Counted from the stretch's first letter, positions 38,078 to 48,850 are shown. The stretch: 64,000 nucleotides of DNA from an uncultured delta proteobacterium (GCA_963789265.1 CAWBKB010000001.1:2432001-2496000); one strand, 5' to 3'. Notes: a model not told the origin generated them from the sequence alone. Numbers and translations: made by a program.

Positions 38078-38151
38078 ACAGCCTCCGACATTTGATTCAA
38101 AGGAGGCGGCCCGTCAGCGCGCCTCCATTTGCACCGGTTTCGCCCGTCAAG

Positions 38152-39363
38152 TCAGGCTTTTAAATCATAGAGATGGCCCATCTTATCTCTCTTGGTCTTG
38201 AGATAACGAAGGTTTGTGGAGCATGGCTCGATTACGATGGGAATTTGTTCTACTACCTCAAGACCGTAACCCTCCAATCCCACAATTTTCGTAGGATTAT
38301 TCGTCATAAGGCGCATCTTGTGGACTCCCAGATCCGCAAGCATCTGTGCACCTATTCCGTAATCTCTCAAGTCGGGTTTGAACCCCAGTCTGAGATTCGC
38401 CTCGACAGTGTCGCACCCCTGATCCTGAAGGGCGTAAGCCCTTATTTTATTAAGCAAACCGATGCCGCGGCCTTCCTGCTGCATGTACAGGATAACACCT
38501 TTCCCCGCCTCTTCGACCATGCGCATCGCCTTTTCCAACTGGCTCCCGCAATCACACCGCCTGGAGCCAAAAACATCACCGGTCAAGCACTCGGAATGGA
38601 CCCGGACAAGAATTGGTTCGTCGGGGTTGACCTCACCCTTTACGAGGGCAACGTGGTTATGGTTGTCTACGTCATTCTCGTACACAATCAGCTTGAAATC
38701 CCCTCCGAAATCGGTTGGAAGGGTTGTCTCCGCGCCTCGTCTGACCAGCCTCTCGGTCCGCATTCGGTATTTGATCAGATCCTTTATCGTGCATACCTTG
38801 AGTCCGTGTTGCTTGGCCATAACATTGAGGTCCGGAAGCCGTGCCATCGTGCCGTCGTCGTTCATCACTTCGCAGATCACACCGGCCGGAGTAAAGCCGG
38901 CAAGTCGTGCCAGATCGACACTCCCTTCGGTCTGACCGGCACGCACAAGAACACCGCCCCCACGCGCCCGCAAAGGAAAGACATGGCCGGGTGAAATCAA
39001 GTCCTTGGGTCCGGCGTCCCTATCTATGGCCGTAAGAATTGTTATTGCTCGGTCGTGGGCAGAAATGCCGGTCGTAACCCCCTTGGCGGCCTCGATGGAG
39101 ACGGTGAACCCGGTCCCATACGGGGACTTGTTATTGTTGACCATCATGGGGAGTTCCAATGACTGAATCTTTTCAGGAGTCAGCGACAAGCACAGCAATC
39201 CCCGGCCGTACTTTGTCATGAAGTTGACAGCTTCCGGAGTAACCTTCTCGGCCGCCATAGTAAGATCGCCTTCGTTTTCACGATCTTCATCATCCACAAG
39301 AATAATCATTCGGCCTTGTCTAATTTCTTCTATGGCTTCCTCAATTCCGACCACAGCACTCAT
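38152..39363 (-). CDS. ribBA: Bifunctional DHBP synthase / GTP cyclohydrolase II
   Basis: DDEDRENEGD, TTGISAHDR, RVHSECLTGDVFGSRRCDCG, QEGRGIGL. Confidence 0.97.
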   Translation of the reverse strand: MSAVVGIEEAIEEIRQGRMIILVDDEDRENEGDLTMAAEKVTPEAVNFMTKYGRGLLCLSLTPEKIQSLELPMMVNNNKSPYGTGFTVSIEAAKGVTTGISAHDRAITILTAIDRDAGPKDLISPGHVFPLRARGGGVLVRAGQTEGSVDLARLAGFTPAGVICEVMNDDGTMARLPDLNVMAKQHGLKVCTIKDLIKYRMRTERLVRRGAETTLPTDFGGDFKLIVYENDVDNHNHVALVKGEVNPDEPILVRVHSECLTGDVFGSRRCDCGSQLEKAMRMVEEAGKGVILYMQQEGRGIGLLNKIRAYALQDQGCDTVEANLRLGFKPDLRDYGIGAQMLADLGVHKMRLMTNNPTKIVGLEGYGLEVVEQIPIVIEPCSTNLRYLKTKRDKMGHLYDLKA

Positions 39364-39377
39364 TAATTGTCCCTCCT

Positions 39378-40019
39378 TCAGATAAATCCATGATCTATGA
39401 GAGTCTGTTCGTCCACCCCGGTTTTTCCCGCCCGCCCGGAAATGAACTTTTCAATATACTTTCCAATGACGTCAAATTCCACGTTGACTTTATCATTGAT
39501 ATTTTTTTCGGTCAACCCCGTCAGCAGCGCAGTATGCGGGATTATCATTACCCAGAAGCGCTGACCTTGTACTCGATTGACCGTCAGACTCACCCCGTCC
39601 ACGGCCACACTCCCCTTCTCAACCAGATAGCGCCCGGAATCCACGAGGAATCCCATGAGAAACCCGCCTCCCGCCGGGCGCTTTTCGACCAGCCGCCCTA
39701 CACAATCCACGTGGCCTGCCACCATGTGCCCCCCGAGGCGTGAATCCAGCCGCATTGCCTTTTCCAGATTTACCCGATCGCCGGCTTTGAAATAGCTAAG
39801 AGTCGATATCCCAAGCGTTTCCGGGGAGACATCAGCGCTGAATTCACGACGAGAAGGATCGACCACGGTTGCAGTCAAGCATGCGCCGTCAACAGAAATG
39901 GAATCCCCTTCTTTCAGGTCGGACAAATCGAGATTTGACGCGATGCGAATCCTTATGAAATCGCCTCTGGGTTGAATTCCTTTTATCTCCCCTCGCGCTT
40001 CAATTATGCCTGTAAACAT
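39378..40019 (-). CDS. ribE: Riboflavin synthase (alpha chain)
   Basis: MFTGII, GACLT, GGHMVAGHVD, KGSVAVDGVSLT. Confidence 0.96.
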   Translation of the reverse strand: MFTGIIEARGEIKGIQPRGDFIRIRIASNLDLSDLKEGDSISVDGACLTATVVDPSRREFSADVSPETLGISTLSYFKAGDRVNLEKAMRLDSRLGGHMVAGHVDCVGRLVEKRPAGGGFLMGFLVDSGRYLVEKGSVAVDGVSLTVNRVQGQRFWVMIIPHTALLTGLTEKNINDKVNVEFDVIGKYIEKFISGRAGKTGVDEQTLIDHGFI

Positions 40020-40801
40020 TCTTCTTTCCCCTGTGACAAAGCTTTATCCTCTATCGCATCTTTCCGGGCAGCGAGCAGATGCCTGTAACGAACCCGGCCC
40101 ATGGATGCAAGCAGGTTGGATCGCACGTGGGGAACTTCCCTTTCGATTTGGTTCAGCAGACTCTTGACCCATTGCCGCCGCGATCCGCTCATTCCCTGGT
40201 ACGCGCATGAGCACCCCAAAATAGGAATGCCGAGACTTTGGGCGCATTGACGAGTCAGCTCTTCCCTCACGTAGACCAAAGGACGAATCACGGTGTTGCG
40301 CCCGTCGTCCGCGAGAAGGTGCGGACTCATACCTTTAATTGAGCCGTTGAAGAATAGATTGAGCAATAGAGTTTCCACAAAGTCGTCGAGATGATGTCCA
40401 AGTGCTATTTTATTCCAACCCTCACGCGAGGCGTACGTGTAGAGCACACCCCGGCGCAGCCGAGAGCAAAAAGAGCATGGATTGGTCCCATCGGATAGAT
40501 TCTCGTTAACCACAGTCACGATGTCAGCCGGTATAACGCTATGGGGGATATGGTCGTGGGCAAGGCGATCCGCCAGGCTGGAGCAATCGAAAACCGAATT
40601 CCCGGGATGGATTGTTACTGCAGCCACCTCAAATTTGATCGGAGCCTTGCCCTGTAGATACTTGAGCGCATAGAGGAGCGACCAGGAATCCTTGCCTCCC
40701 GATAGCGCCACAAGCACGCGGTCGCCGTTGTCGATCAACCGGAAGTCGCCTATGGCTCTGCCCACAAGGCGTGTTATGTTAGTGAAGATGCGGTTCTTCA
40801 T
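40004..40801 (-). CDS. ttcA: tRNA 2-thiocytidine biosynthesis protein TtcA family
   Basis: PP-loop SGGKDS, CSFCSRLRRG, ALGHHLDD, IRPL. Confidence 0.9.
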   Translation of the reverse strand: MKNRIFTNITRLVGRAIGDFRLIDNGDRVLVALSGGKDSWSLLYALKYLQGKAPIKFEVAAVTIHPGNSVFDCSSLADRLAHDHIPHSVIPADIVTVVNENLSDGTNPCSFCSRLRRGVLYTYASREGWNKIALGHHLDDFVETLLLNLFFNGSIKGMSPHLLADDGRNTVIRPLVYVREELTRQCAQSLGIPILGCSCAYQGMSGSRRQWVKSLLNQIEREVPHVRSNLLASMGRVRYRHLLAARKDAIEDKALSQGKEECLQA

Positions 40802-40848
40802 GTTATGTTTATCCGAAGCATCAAAGAAAACGTTGAATGTAGTAGTTT

Positions 40849-41155
40849 ACCGCGGAGAGCGCAGAGACCGCGGAGAATTTTGTTCTTGTGCCGTTCTCAA
40901 GTAGAGCCTGGGAAAAAGAACTATAGGGATTCTCAAAAGTAATCGCGGATTGACCAGACAGATCGCCAAAAGATTGTCATTGCAGGGCGAGATCCCGAAG
41001 CACTCTCGACTGGGCCAAAACTGAGATTGCGTCGTCGTTCCTCCTCGCAATGACACGAATCAGCCGTGCCGGTTTTTCTGAGGACCAGACCCATATCCGA
41101 CGATATTTTCGAGAATTGCCATAAATTCTTGGCAATCTAGGCGTTCTCTGCAGTG
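40849..41155. repeat. Nested repeat: ACCGCGGAGAGCGCAGAG family > MITE-like ends > GTCATTGC family
   Basis: Inner ends TATAGGGATTCTCAAAAGTAATC / GATATTTTCGAGAATTGCCATA; a similar left end occurs near 20508. Confidence 0.65.
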
Positions 41156-41238
41156 AGTCCAATTTCTATTCTTGGATTTCCGGCGATTATCATATACTTG
41201 TAGGCTGAATTGGCAATCATGTCCAGACGAGAGCACAA

Positions 41239-42286
41239 ATGGCTGTGATAGATCCCCACGAACTCGTCAATGCGGTTTCTACGATTGAGGAATCTGTACG
41301 GCTTCGTACCGAAATTGCCAGCTACGTGCTAGGCGCGTTGGCGATCCCGGTGGTTCTGCATTTTCATCTGCTGCCGACGGTTTTCGCTGGACTTACGGTT
41401 CATGTGCTCACGGTCAAGCTCGCTAGACGGCTTCCCGTGCAATGGCGGGGGCTGGGGCACAAGTTCGCGTCAGCCGCGTTAGCCGTTGTGGTCGTGTTGC
41501 TTTTGCTCGGCGCCGGCGTGGGGCTCTGGTCGTTTCTCCGCGGCAGCCAAGGCATGGCTGCACTATTGGGCATCGCGGCCGAGACTTTGGATAATGTCAG
41601 ACGCAGCCTGCCGCCCGAAATAGCCCAAGCCATGCCTCCGACGATAGAAGATCTCCGTGAGCAGATCACCAATGTGCTGCGCGAGCATGCCCATAACGTC
41701 TCCGCGGTAGGAATGGCAGGGATACGAACGCTGGTATATGTAATCTTCGGAATGGTTATTGGGGGGATGACCGCGCTACATCATTTCGATCCTTCCAACC
41801 AGGGACCACTGGTTGCTGCACTTTACGCTCGGACCGGAACATTGGCGGACGCGTTCGACAAGGTGGTATTCGCGCAGGTAAAGATTTCTGCACTGAACAC
41901 GACCTTGACCGCGATCTATTTGTTGGTGGTCTTGCCGCTTTGCGGTTTTCACTTGCCGATGGCGCAAGTTTCTTATCCCGCTCACCTTTGTCACCGGTCT
42001 CCTTCTCGTGGTGGGCAACCTGATTTCCAACACGGCTATTGTGCTGATCAGCCTGCACGTTTCACTGGTCGCGGCCCTGTCTTCGCTTGCTTTTCTAGTC
42101 GCGATCCACAAACTCGAGTATTTCTTTAACGCTCGTATCGTGGGTGGGCAGGTGCAGGCCAGCGCATGGGAACTGGTTTCCGCGATGCTGGTTATGGAGG
42201 CGGTGTTCGGAGCGCCGGGCCTGATCGTGGCCCCGGTGGCGTACGCGTGGCTTAAATCGGAGTTAAGGGCAAAGAACCTGATTTGA
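41239..42286 (+). pseudogene. AI-2E family transporter, frameshifted near 41963
   Basis: ORF 41239-42129 loses membrane character after LPM. The +1 frame continues KFLIPLTFVTGLLLVVGNLISN...HKLEYFFNARIVG to 42286. Confidence 0.8.
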
Positions 42287-42376
42287 CGGCGTATCTCCAA
42301 GAGGCAGCCTGACCGGCGCGATCGCCAAAACCTTCGGCCGCGGTCAGAAAAGGCACTTGTGAATCCTCCAGCTAAA

Positions 42377-42396
42377 TGTTATATTAAAATATAACA
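42377..42396. promoter_or_regulatory. pemIK/parD-type operator palindrome
   Basis: TGTTATATT-AA-AATATAACA immediately upstream of the antitoxin RBS. Confidence 0.75.
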
Positions 42397-42408
42397 ATGG
42401 AGGGCGCC

Positions 42409-42666
42409 ATGTATACAACCAATTTGCGAAAGGTCGGCGGCTCTGTGATGCTGGCCGTCCCCCCCGCTCTGCTCGACATGCTGCACCTGCGGCCCGGAGC
42501 AAAGGTTGGCATTGCTGTAGAGAGCGAGCGGTTGATAGTGGAGCCTCAGAAACGGCCTCGATACAGCCTGGAGGAACTCCTTGCACAGTGCGACCCCAAG
42601 GCCCACCGAACCGTAGAAGAGCGTGAGTGGCTCGATGACAAAGCGGTTGGCGACGAGCTGATCTGA
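42409..42666 (+). CDS. pemI: PemI/MazE-family antitoxin
   Basis: LRKVGGSVMLAVPPALL...RPRYSLEELLAQCD...EEREWLD, closely resembling plasmid R100 PemI. Confidence 0.92.
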   Translation: MYTTNLRKVGGSVMLAVPPALLDMLHLRPGAKVGIAVESERLIVEPQKRPRYSLEELLAQCDPKAHRTVEEREWLDDKAVGDELI

Positions 42667-42998
42667 TGAAGCGGGGTGAAATCTGGCTGGTCGGGCTTGA
42701 TCCCGCGGCAGGACATGAGCAAAAAGGCCGGCGGCCGGTGCTGATTGTGTCACCGGAGGCATTCAACCAGGTTACCGAGGTACCAGTAGTTGTTCCAATT
42801 ACCACCGGTGGTAGTTTCGCTCGAACAGCGGGCTTTGCCGTGCCTCTGACGGGTGCGGAAACCAGGACGACGGGTGTTGTGCGGTGCGACCAACCTCGGG
42901 CTGTGAACGTCGCCGCGCACAACGGTAAAAGGTTGGAAAACGTCCCCGACGACATCATGGACGAAGTATTAGCGAAGCTGGCCCCGATTTTTGAGTAG
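42666..42998 (+). CDS. pemK: PemK/MazF-family endoribonuclease toxin
   Basis: RGEIWLVGLDPAAGHEQKGRRPVLIVS, FARTAGFAV, TTGVVRCDQPR. Confidence 0.93.
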   Translation: MKRGEIWLVGLDPAAGHEQKGRRPVLIVSPEAFNQVTEVPVVVPITTGGSFARTAGFAVPLTGAETRTTGVVRCDQPRAVNVAAHNGKRLENVPDDIMDEVLAKLAPIFE

Positions 42999-43004
42999 GT
43001 TTCG

Positions 43005-43240
43005 GATGCACCCTTAATTGGTCGTCATGCCGACTCATACTGGATTTCTGCCTCGCTCAGAATCTGGTCACGAAGGTATTTGCCCAAGAATCCCTGTGTG
43101 TTGAGGTCCACTTTTCTTCCAAGGAGCAGAGAAAGTTCATGTTCGATGGTAAAGAAATTCAGGCCCACCGCGGTGCCTGGCTCAAACTCCACGAGGACGT
43201 CGACATCACTCTCTTCACTGAAATCATCACGACGGACAGC
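43005..43240 (-). pseudogene. Remnant MNT (nucleotidyltransferase)-HEPN toxin-antitoxin locus
   Basis: RDDFSEESDVDVLVEF...LLGRKVDL lacks its N-terminus. An overlapping frame starts MSRHDDQLRVH (DUF86-like start) and then runs into pemK sequence. Confidence 0.65.
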
Positions 43241-43319
43241 CCTCACGCACCAGGCTAACATCGAGCAAGGAGCTCAATCGCTCGGCTGCAACTGCGTACA
43301 ACCCCTTCCTGCCAGGTAA

Positions 43320-43832
43320 TTACATGTCCAGGGTGTATTCCCGATAACAATGCTTGCCCTGATGCATAAGGCAGCCATGCACTTCGGGAGTCACCCGAAA
43401 CCCTATGCCCAAGGCCTTGAGCCAGGCTTCCACCCGGTAAAAGATGCCGCAATCATAATCGTCCAGCGCCCCGATTCGCTCAACACCCTTGTATGCGAAA
43501 CACTGCCCTTCGGGTACGTCCCAGCGCACCACATTGTTGCCGGGATATTGGCGGCGAAACTGCATAAAATCCGCTCCAATCACTTCAAATGCCCCTTCGA
43601 TGAAGTCTTTCAACTGCTCGTAGGTCGTGACTTCATCCACACCCATTACCTTTTTCAAGCGTGGAATTTCGAACGCGCTCATGGACTGTATGGCCGCCCG
43701 ATTCAGGTCGCTGGCTGTTTTCGCGCCACATTTCTGAAACACATTGTAAAACCACATACCGTCATGAGTCATCCAGCCCATGCACAGAAATTCTCGCAAA
43801 TCCCTTTTATCGATGCTTTCCAAAATACCCAT
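43320..43832 (-). CDS. DUF6125-like protein
   Basis: WMTHDGMWF...CFAY...YDCGIFYRVEAW...GCLM...C; RBS GAGGG before ATG 43832. Confidence 0.7.
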   Translation of the reverse strand: MGILESIDKRDLREFLCMGWMTHDGMWFYNVFQKCGAKTASDLNRAAIQSMSAFEIPRLKKVMGVDEVTTYEQLKDFIEGAFEVIGADFMQFRRQYPGNNVVRWDVPEGQCFAYKGVERIGALDDYDCGIFYRVEAWLKALGIGFRVTPEVHGCLMHQGKHCYREYTLDM

Positions 43833-43961
43833 AATGCCCTCCTTTACTGCTGTGGCCTTAAGGATTGCCAAACAGCCCTTCCAATAAGCTCCTTGGCTTG
43901 CCAGATGTCCGTAAACGCTATTCCCTGCACCCAAAGCCGGGTAAATTCCTGACAAGCTCGC

Positions 43962-44091
43962 GTAGGATGCGGTGAACCCAGCGAAAGCTGGTTGAACCGC
44001 ATCGATTACGAAAAACCTAGACGGCGACCCTCAACGTCCGAGACGCGACAGATGCGGTTCACTCCCTGCTAAGAGGCTCACCACATCCTAC
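43962..44091. repeat. GTAGGATGCGG-type REP doublet
   Basis: GTAGGATGCGGTGAAC...GAACCGCATC / GATGCGGTTCAC...CACATCCTAC. Confidence 0.75.
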
Positions 44092-44281
44092 ACGACCAAA
44101 ATCCCCCCTAACCTCCCTTTATGAAAGGGGAGAATAGATCGGTAAGTCAGCGCCTATCGCCGAGCCCGCGAATTATGAATAGCAATCATCTGATGGAATG
44201 GAACTGAGGCACCATACCACCCGACGAACTGTTCCGGCAAGGCAAATCGTCAATTTCAGAGCCATTGGGGAGGGAAGAGAC

Positions 44282-44941
44282 ATGGCTGGACCAAAAATTC
44301 TTATATGTGAAGGCGAAGGAATTGTGGCACTGGATCTTCAGAAAAGCTTGCATGATATGGGATACCAAGCTCCTGTAGTGGTTTCTACAACAAAGGAGGC
44401 GGTTGAAATCGCGCTCTCGATGAATCCGGACCTCATCCTGACCGGAACACATCTTCAGCGCAGGCATGACGGGATCGAGGCCGTGGAGGAAATCAGGGCC
44501 CTAGTGAATGTGCCGGTCATTTATTTGACCGCGGATTCCAGGGCCAACACTCTGCAACGTGCGAGTTGCACTCGCCCATACGCATACTTGCTCAAGCCTT
44601 TTCGACTGGATCAGGTGCACGCCTCCATCCAACTGGCCCTTTACAATCATAGGCTGGACGCAACAGCAAGGCAGGACGAGTCCGGACCGGACCGACAGAA
44701 AATCTTAAGAGGAATAAGTCCTCGGGATAAGAGCGGTCCTACAGAGGTACCCACCGATGGCTGCCAAACCGGTGGCTCGTCAGAACAGATAATTCCGATA
44801 TGCTCGTGCTGCAAACAAATACGGGACGACTGCGGCATCTGGATACAGCCGGAGGATTACTTCAGAGACCATTTCAACTTCATGTTCACCCATACACTCT
44901 GTCCTGAATGCGTGAAGGTTCTGCGGCCGCAGCACAGATGA
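44282..44941 (+). CDS. Atypical receiver-domain protein with a C-terminal Cys-rich domain
   Basis: Receiver fold (VPVIYLTA, YLLKPF) with DLILTG instead of DLxLxD; C-terminus IPICSCCKQIRD...THTLCPEC. Confidence 0.8.
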   Translation: MAGPKILICEGEGIVALDLQKSLHDMGYQAPVVVSTTKEAVEIALSMNPDLILTGTHLQRRHDGIEAVEEIRALVNVPVIYLTADSRANTLQRASCTRPYAYLLKPFRLDQVHASIQLALYNHRLDATARQDESGPDRQKILRGISPRDKSGPTEVPTDGCQTGGSSEQIIPICSCCKQIRDDCGIWIQPEDYFRDHFNFMFTHTLCPECVKVLRPQHR

Positions 44942-45230
44942 TGTCGGGCGCCATCGCGCATACGGGCATTATTGCAAATGTCATCGCGAAAGGTTGGGCA
45001 GGCAGGGCAAAGTGACTATAATGGAGATTGCATTCGGTTCCACCGCAATCTAGGCGCTGTTCGCGGATATCATTGCGGGTCCACCATTCTGCAGGATGAA
45101 GCCGTCTTTTTTGCTTGGACGGGCATCATGCCGGTCGCTTGATGACGGGCAGGATGCCCGTCCCACCGAAGCCCGACGCCGCCCTGCCGACGACTCGATG
45201 ACAACCCCGCTTGCCGCGGGGAGGCCGGTC

Positions 45231-45830
45231 CTACTGAATCTCCTCGGACACGGGGTTGCGTTCCCTGAACTGCGCTCTCGTACCTTCTGCAACCAGGTTC
45301 AGCGGGCAGGCGAAATTCATGCATTGAGTGCAAAAAAACATCCTGACAGTCATGTAATATACAGCCAACACGACTACATATACGATCAACAGGAACCATT
45401 GGCCGCCCAGCAGAATGAAAACCAGTGGGTAGACAAAAACTGTAATCAGTCCAGCCAGGAACAAAAACTTCTCGACTGCGGACATGGGGCCGGCCCGGGG
45501 GCGCCACAGTTTCATTGCTCCATAATTGGCCCAGCATTTCAACGTACGGCCCGGCTCGGCATAGTGAGGGCAATGAGAGCACATGACCCGTATTTCGAGA
45601 AACCCGAAATACCCGACGATCAAGAGCAACCACAGCGCCAACATCCACCCGCTGATATGATATATACCGGCGCCTCCAAGAAGAAACGAAGGTGCGGATA
45701 ACAGCATGAATTGACCCAAATCGCGCAATTTGAAATGGCAGTGCAGCTCTTCTCCGGCCGGACAGCCGGCGCAACTCTCAGCCACGCATGTGGCCAGAGG
45801 TTTTTCAGGATCCAGAAACCACATCGACAC
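45231..45830 (-). CDS. Cys-rich four-TM hypothetical membrane protein
   Basis: CxxxCxxC N-terminus, CSHCPHY, CTQCMNFACPLN; four hydrophobic segments; RBS AAGGA. Confidence 0.7.
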   Translation of the reverse strand: MSMWFLDPEKPLATCVAESCAGCPAGEELHCHFKLRDLGQFMLLSAPSFLLGGAGIYHISGWMLALWLLLIVGYFGFLEIRVMCSHCPHYAEPGRTLKCWANYGAMKLWRPRAGPMSAVEKFLFLAGLITVFVYPLVFILLGGQWFLLIVYVVVLAVYYMTVRMFFCTQCMNFACPLNLVAEGTRAQFRERNPVSEEIQ

Positions 45831-45977
45831 TTCCTTGCGCCGGAACCAACAGGAACCGCATCATTGGCGTTCTCTTCTCGCCGGGGATACGGTTCACCTG
45901 CGGCTGGGGAGATAACTACATCCTACGCAACTGTTTGCAAAACGTAGAAGTCAGGGGTCGGAAAATACGACGAGATT

Positions 45978-47924
45978 CTACTTCTTTCCCTCTTCTTTCA
46001 CCTCTTCAAAGTCTGCATCCACCACGTCTTCTTCCGGCCTAGCCGACGTTCCTCCCGTTCCCGCGTGCGCGGCACCGGCATCGCCTGCGGATTCTGCCCC
46101 GCCTCCGGCGCCGGCGGCAGCCTGCTGGTACATGGCTTCCGCGAGCTTGTGAGAAGCAGTTTGCAGCTCTTCCATCGCGGACTTGATGGCGTCGGTATCG
46201 GATCCTTCCATAGCGCTCTTTGTTTTGCTGACAGCCGCTTCTATGGCGCTCTTTACCGACGAATCCACTTTGTCCCCGTGCTCTTTCAAGGATTTTTCGG
46301 TCATGTACACCAGCGAATCCGCCTGGTTGCGGGCCTCGATGAGGTCGCGCTTCTTCCGGTCTTCCTCCGCGTGCGCCTCCGCGTCCTGAACCATCTTTTT
46401 GATCTCTTCTTCGGACAAGCCGCTTGAAGCCGTGATCTTGATGGACTGCTCCTTGCCGGTCCCGAGATCTTTGGCGGAAACGTGCACGATGCCGTTGGCA
46501 TCTATATCGAAGGTAACCTCTATCTGCGGGATTCCCCTGGGCGCGGGCGGAATACCGACCAACTCGAATCGGCCCAAGGTCTTGTTGTCGCCCGCCATCT
46601 GCCGTTCACCCTGCAGCACGTGAATGGAAACTGAAGGCTGATTGTCAGAGGCAGTCGAGAATATCTGGCTTTTTCTCGTCGGGATAGTGGTGTTTTTCTC
46701 GATGAGACGAGTAAAGACACCGCCGAGAGTTTCAATGCCCAGAGAGAGTGGGGTCACATCCAGCAGGAGCACGTCCTTCACATCGCCCCTGAGCACTGCG
46801 CCCTGAATGGCCGCACCGATTGCCACCACCTCGTCGGGGTTGACTCCCTTGTGGGGTTCCTTGCCAAACAATTCCTTGACTTTGGCTTGCACTGCCGGCA
46901 TTCGGGTCATCCCGCCTACCAGAATCACTTCGTCAATTTGTGCTGCCGTAAGATTGGCGTCCTTGAGAGCAGTACGGCACGGCCCTATCGTCCTCTCGAT
47001 GAGGTCTCCCACAAGGGCTTCCAGTTTGGACCGTGAGAGTTTCATCGTCATGTGTTTGGGGCCTGAAGCGTCAGCAGTGATGAACGGAAGATTGATGTCT
47101 GTCTCCATGGAGGTGCTGAGTTCGCACTTCGCCTTTTCCGCGGCTTCCTTCAGACGTTGGAGAGCCATTCTATCGGTCCGAAGATCTATGCCCTGGTCTT
47201 TCCTGAACTCATCAGCCAGGTAATCAATTATTCGCTGATCGAAATCCTCGCCGCCCAGGTGCGTGTCACCGTGTGTGGACTTCACCTCGAAGACACCTTC
47301 GCCAATCTCCAGGATGGATATGTCGAACGTTCCACCGCCCAGGTCATAGACGGCCACCTTTTCTTCTTTCTTTTTGTCCAGGCCGTATGCCAGAGATGCG
47401 GCGGTCGGTTCGTTAATGATCCGCAACACATTCAAGCCTGCGATCCGGCCTGCATCCTTTGTGGCTTGACGCTGAGAGTCGTTAAAGTACGCCGGGACGG
47501 TTACCACCGCGTCCTTCACTTCTTCTCCCAGATAGTCTTCGGCGGTTTGCTTCATCTTCTGCAGAATCATCGCCGAAATTTCTGCGGGGCTATACTGCTT
47601 GCCTCTTACCGATACGGCAGCGTCCCCGGCTTTCCCTTCCACGATCTTGAAGGCGATAATTTTCACATCGGCTTGTACTTCAGGGGAGTTGAACTTCCGG
47701 CCGACAAGCCTTTTGATGGCGAACAAGGTATTTTCCGGATTAGTGATTGCCTGTCGTTTCGCCACTTGTCCTACAAGCCGTTCCCCCGAATCGGTGAAAG
47801 CAACCATGGACGGAGTAGTTCGTCCCCCTTCCGAATTCGGGATAACCACAGGGTCCCCGCCTTCCATTATCGCCACGCAAGAGTTCGTGGTTCCAAGATC
47901 TATTCCAATGACTTTACCGGCCAT
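45978..47924 (-). CDS. dnaK: Chaperone DnaK
   Basis: [40 protein letters not shown]. Confidence 0.98.
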   Translation of the reverse strand: MAGKVIGIDLGTTNSCVAIMEGGDPVVIPNSEGGRTTPSMVAFTDSGERLVGQVAKRQAITNPENTLFAIKRLVGRKFNSPEVQADVKIIAFKIVEGKAGDAAVSVRGKQYSPAEISAMILQKMKQTAEDYLGEEVKDAVVTVPAYFNDSQRQATKDAGRIAGLNVLRIINEPTAASLAYGLDKKKEEKVAVYDLGGGTFDISILEIGEGVFEVKSTHGDTHLGGEDFDQRIIDYLADEFRKDQGIDLRTDRMALQRLKEAAEKAKCELSTSMETDINLPFITADASGPKHMTMKLSRSKLEALVGDLIERTIGPCRTALKDANLTAAQIDEVILVGGMTRMPAVQAKVKELFGKEPHKGVNPDEVVAIGAAIQGAVLRGDVKDVLLLDVTPLSLGIETLGGVFTRLIEKNTTIPTRKSQIFSTASDNQPSVSIHVLQGERQMAGDNKTLGRFELVGIPPAPRGIPQIEVTFDIDANGIVHVSAKDLGTGKEQSIKITASSGLSEEEIKKMVQDAEAHAEEDRKKRDLIEARNQADSLVYMTEKSLKEHGDKVDSSVKSAIEAAVSKTKSAMEGSDTDAIKSAMEELQTASHKLAEAMYQQAAAGAGGGAESAGDAGAAHAGTGGTSARPEEDVVDADFEEVKEEGKK

Positions 47925-47990
47925 CTTCTCCTCCTACCGCACTTTTTATTATCACGGTCTTTTTTTCTTGATTTTGAGCTTACAATCGCC

Positions 47991-48632
47991 CTATTTCTCT
48001 ACGTCGACGGCAACCACCACCCTTGCAGGCCGCAACAGTCGGTCTTGGTACATGTATCCCTTTTCCATTTGCTCGACGACCTGATTCGCCGGTTTGTCCC
48101 CTGCCGGTACCCGTGCTATCGCCTCATGCAGATTTGGGTCAAAAGTTTCTCCCAGTGCTTTTATCTCCTTGACGCCATACCGCGCGAGTACCTCGCCGAA
48201 CATTTTGGCGATCATACAGACACCGTCCGCCAGCGCATCGGATCTGCCCGCTTCGTCACAGTGCATCTGAGCCCGCTCCAGGTTGTCCACCACCGCAAGA
48301 AGGTCCCGCAAAATCTCCTCATTTTTGTATTTCAAGAACTTGCTCTTTTCCTGCAAACTCCGTTTCTTGTAATTCTCCAGTTCCGCCACGGCGCGAATCC
48401 AGCGGTCGCGGTTCTCTTCGGCCTCTTTTAACGCTTTCTCCAATGGGTCAGGCTCAGGCTGACTCACTTCTTGCGCTTTTTCGCCTTCGGCCTCGTTCTC
48501 GGACACTGGTGTCAAATCGGTGCGAGCATGTTCTTCGAGGGCTTTTTCTTTTCTTCGACGCATCTCTCGTAAGTCGATAGGCTCTGAGCCTTTCGGTTCG
48601 CTGCTATCGTGTTCAGTCACCTTGACCTCCAC
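47991..48632 (-). CDS. grpE: Nucleotide exchange factor GrpE
   Basis: AELENYKKR, VVDNLERA, FDPNLHEA, KGY...RLLRPARV. Confidence 0.96.
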   Translation of the reverse strand: MEVKVTEHDSSEPKGSEPIDLREMRRRKEKALEEHARTDLTPVSENEAEGEKAQEVSQPEPDPLEKALKEAEENRDRWIRAVAELENYKKRSLQEKSKFLKYKNEEILRDLLAVVDNLERAQMHCDEAGRSDALADGVCMIAKMFGEVLARYGVKEIKALGETFDPNLHEAIARVPAGDKPANQVVEQMEKGYMYQDRLLRPARVVVAVDVEK

Positions 48633-48820
48633 TGAAACTGCTGATCGCTCTCCGCGAAAATAATTCGGGCAAACATCCGGTCCGGCAGCAAGATGCGCGA
48701 TTCGGTGTTTCCAGTTATATGCCGTCCAGGGGATTAGGTTTACAAACGGCCCTCAATTCTCTCTCTCGGCAAAATAACTAATTATACCCAAATGTTAGTT
48801 CCTTGCCATGCTCACACATA

Positions 48821-48850
48821 CATTTGGGCACACCCCCGTTCGTTGTCAAG
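48821..48850 (-). promoter_or_regulatory. RpoH (sigma32)-like heat-shock promoter for grpE-dnaK
   Basis: Minus strand CTTGAC-N16-CCCAAATG, about 190 nt upstream of grpE. Confidence 0.5.

Noticed and set aside
41950..41980. Programmed frameshift in the AI-2E gene
   Set aside because: No slippery heptamer or homopolymer at the site; a simple mutation or sequencing error is more likely.
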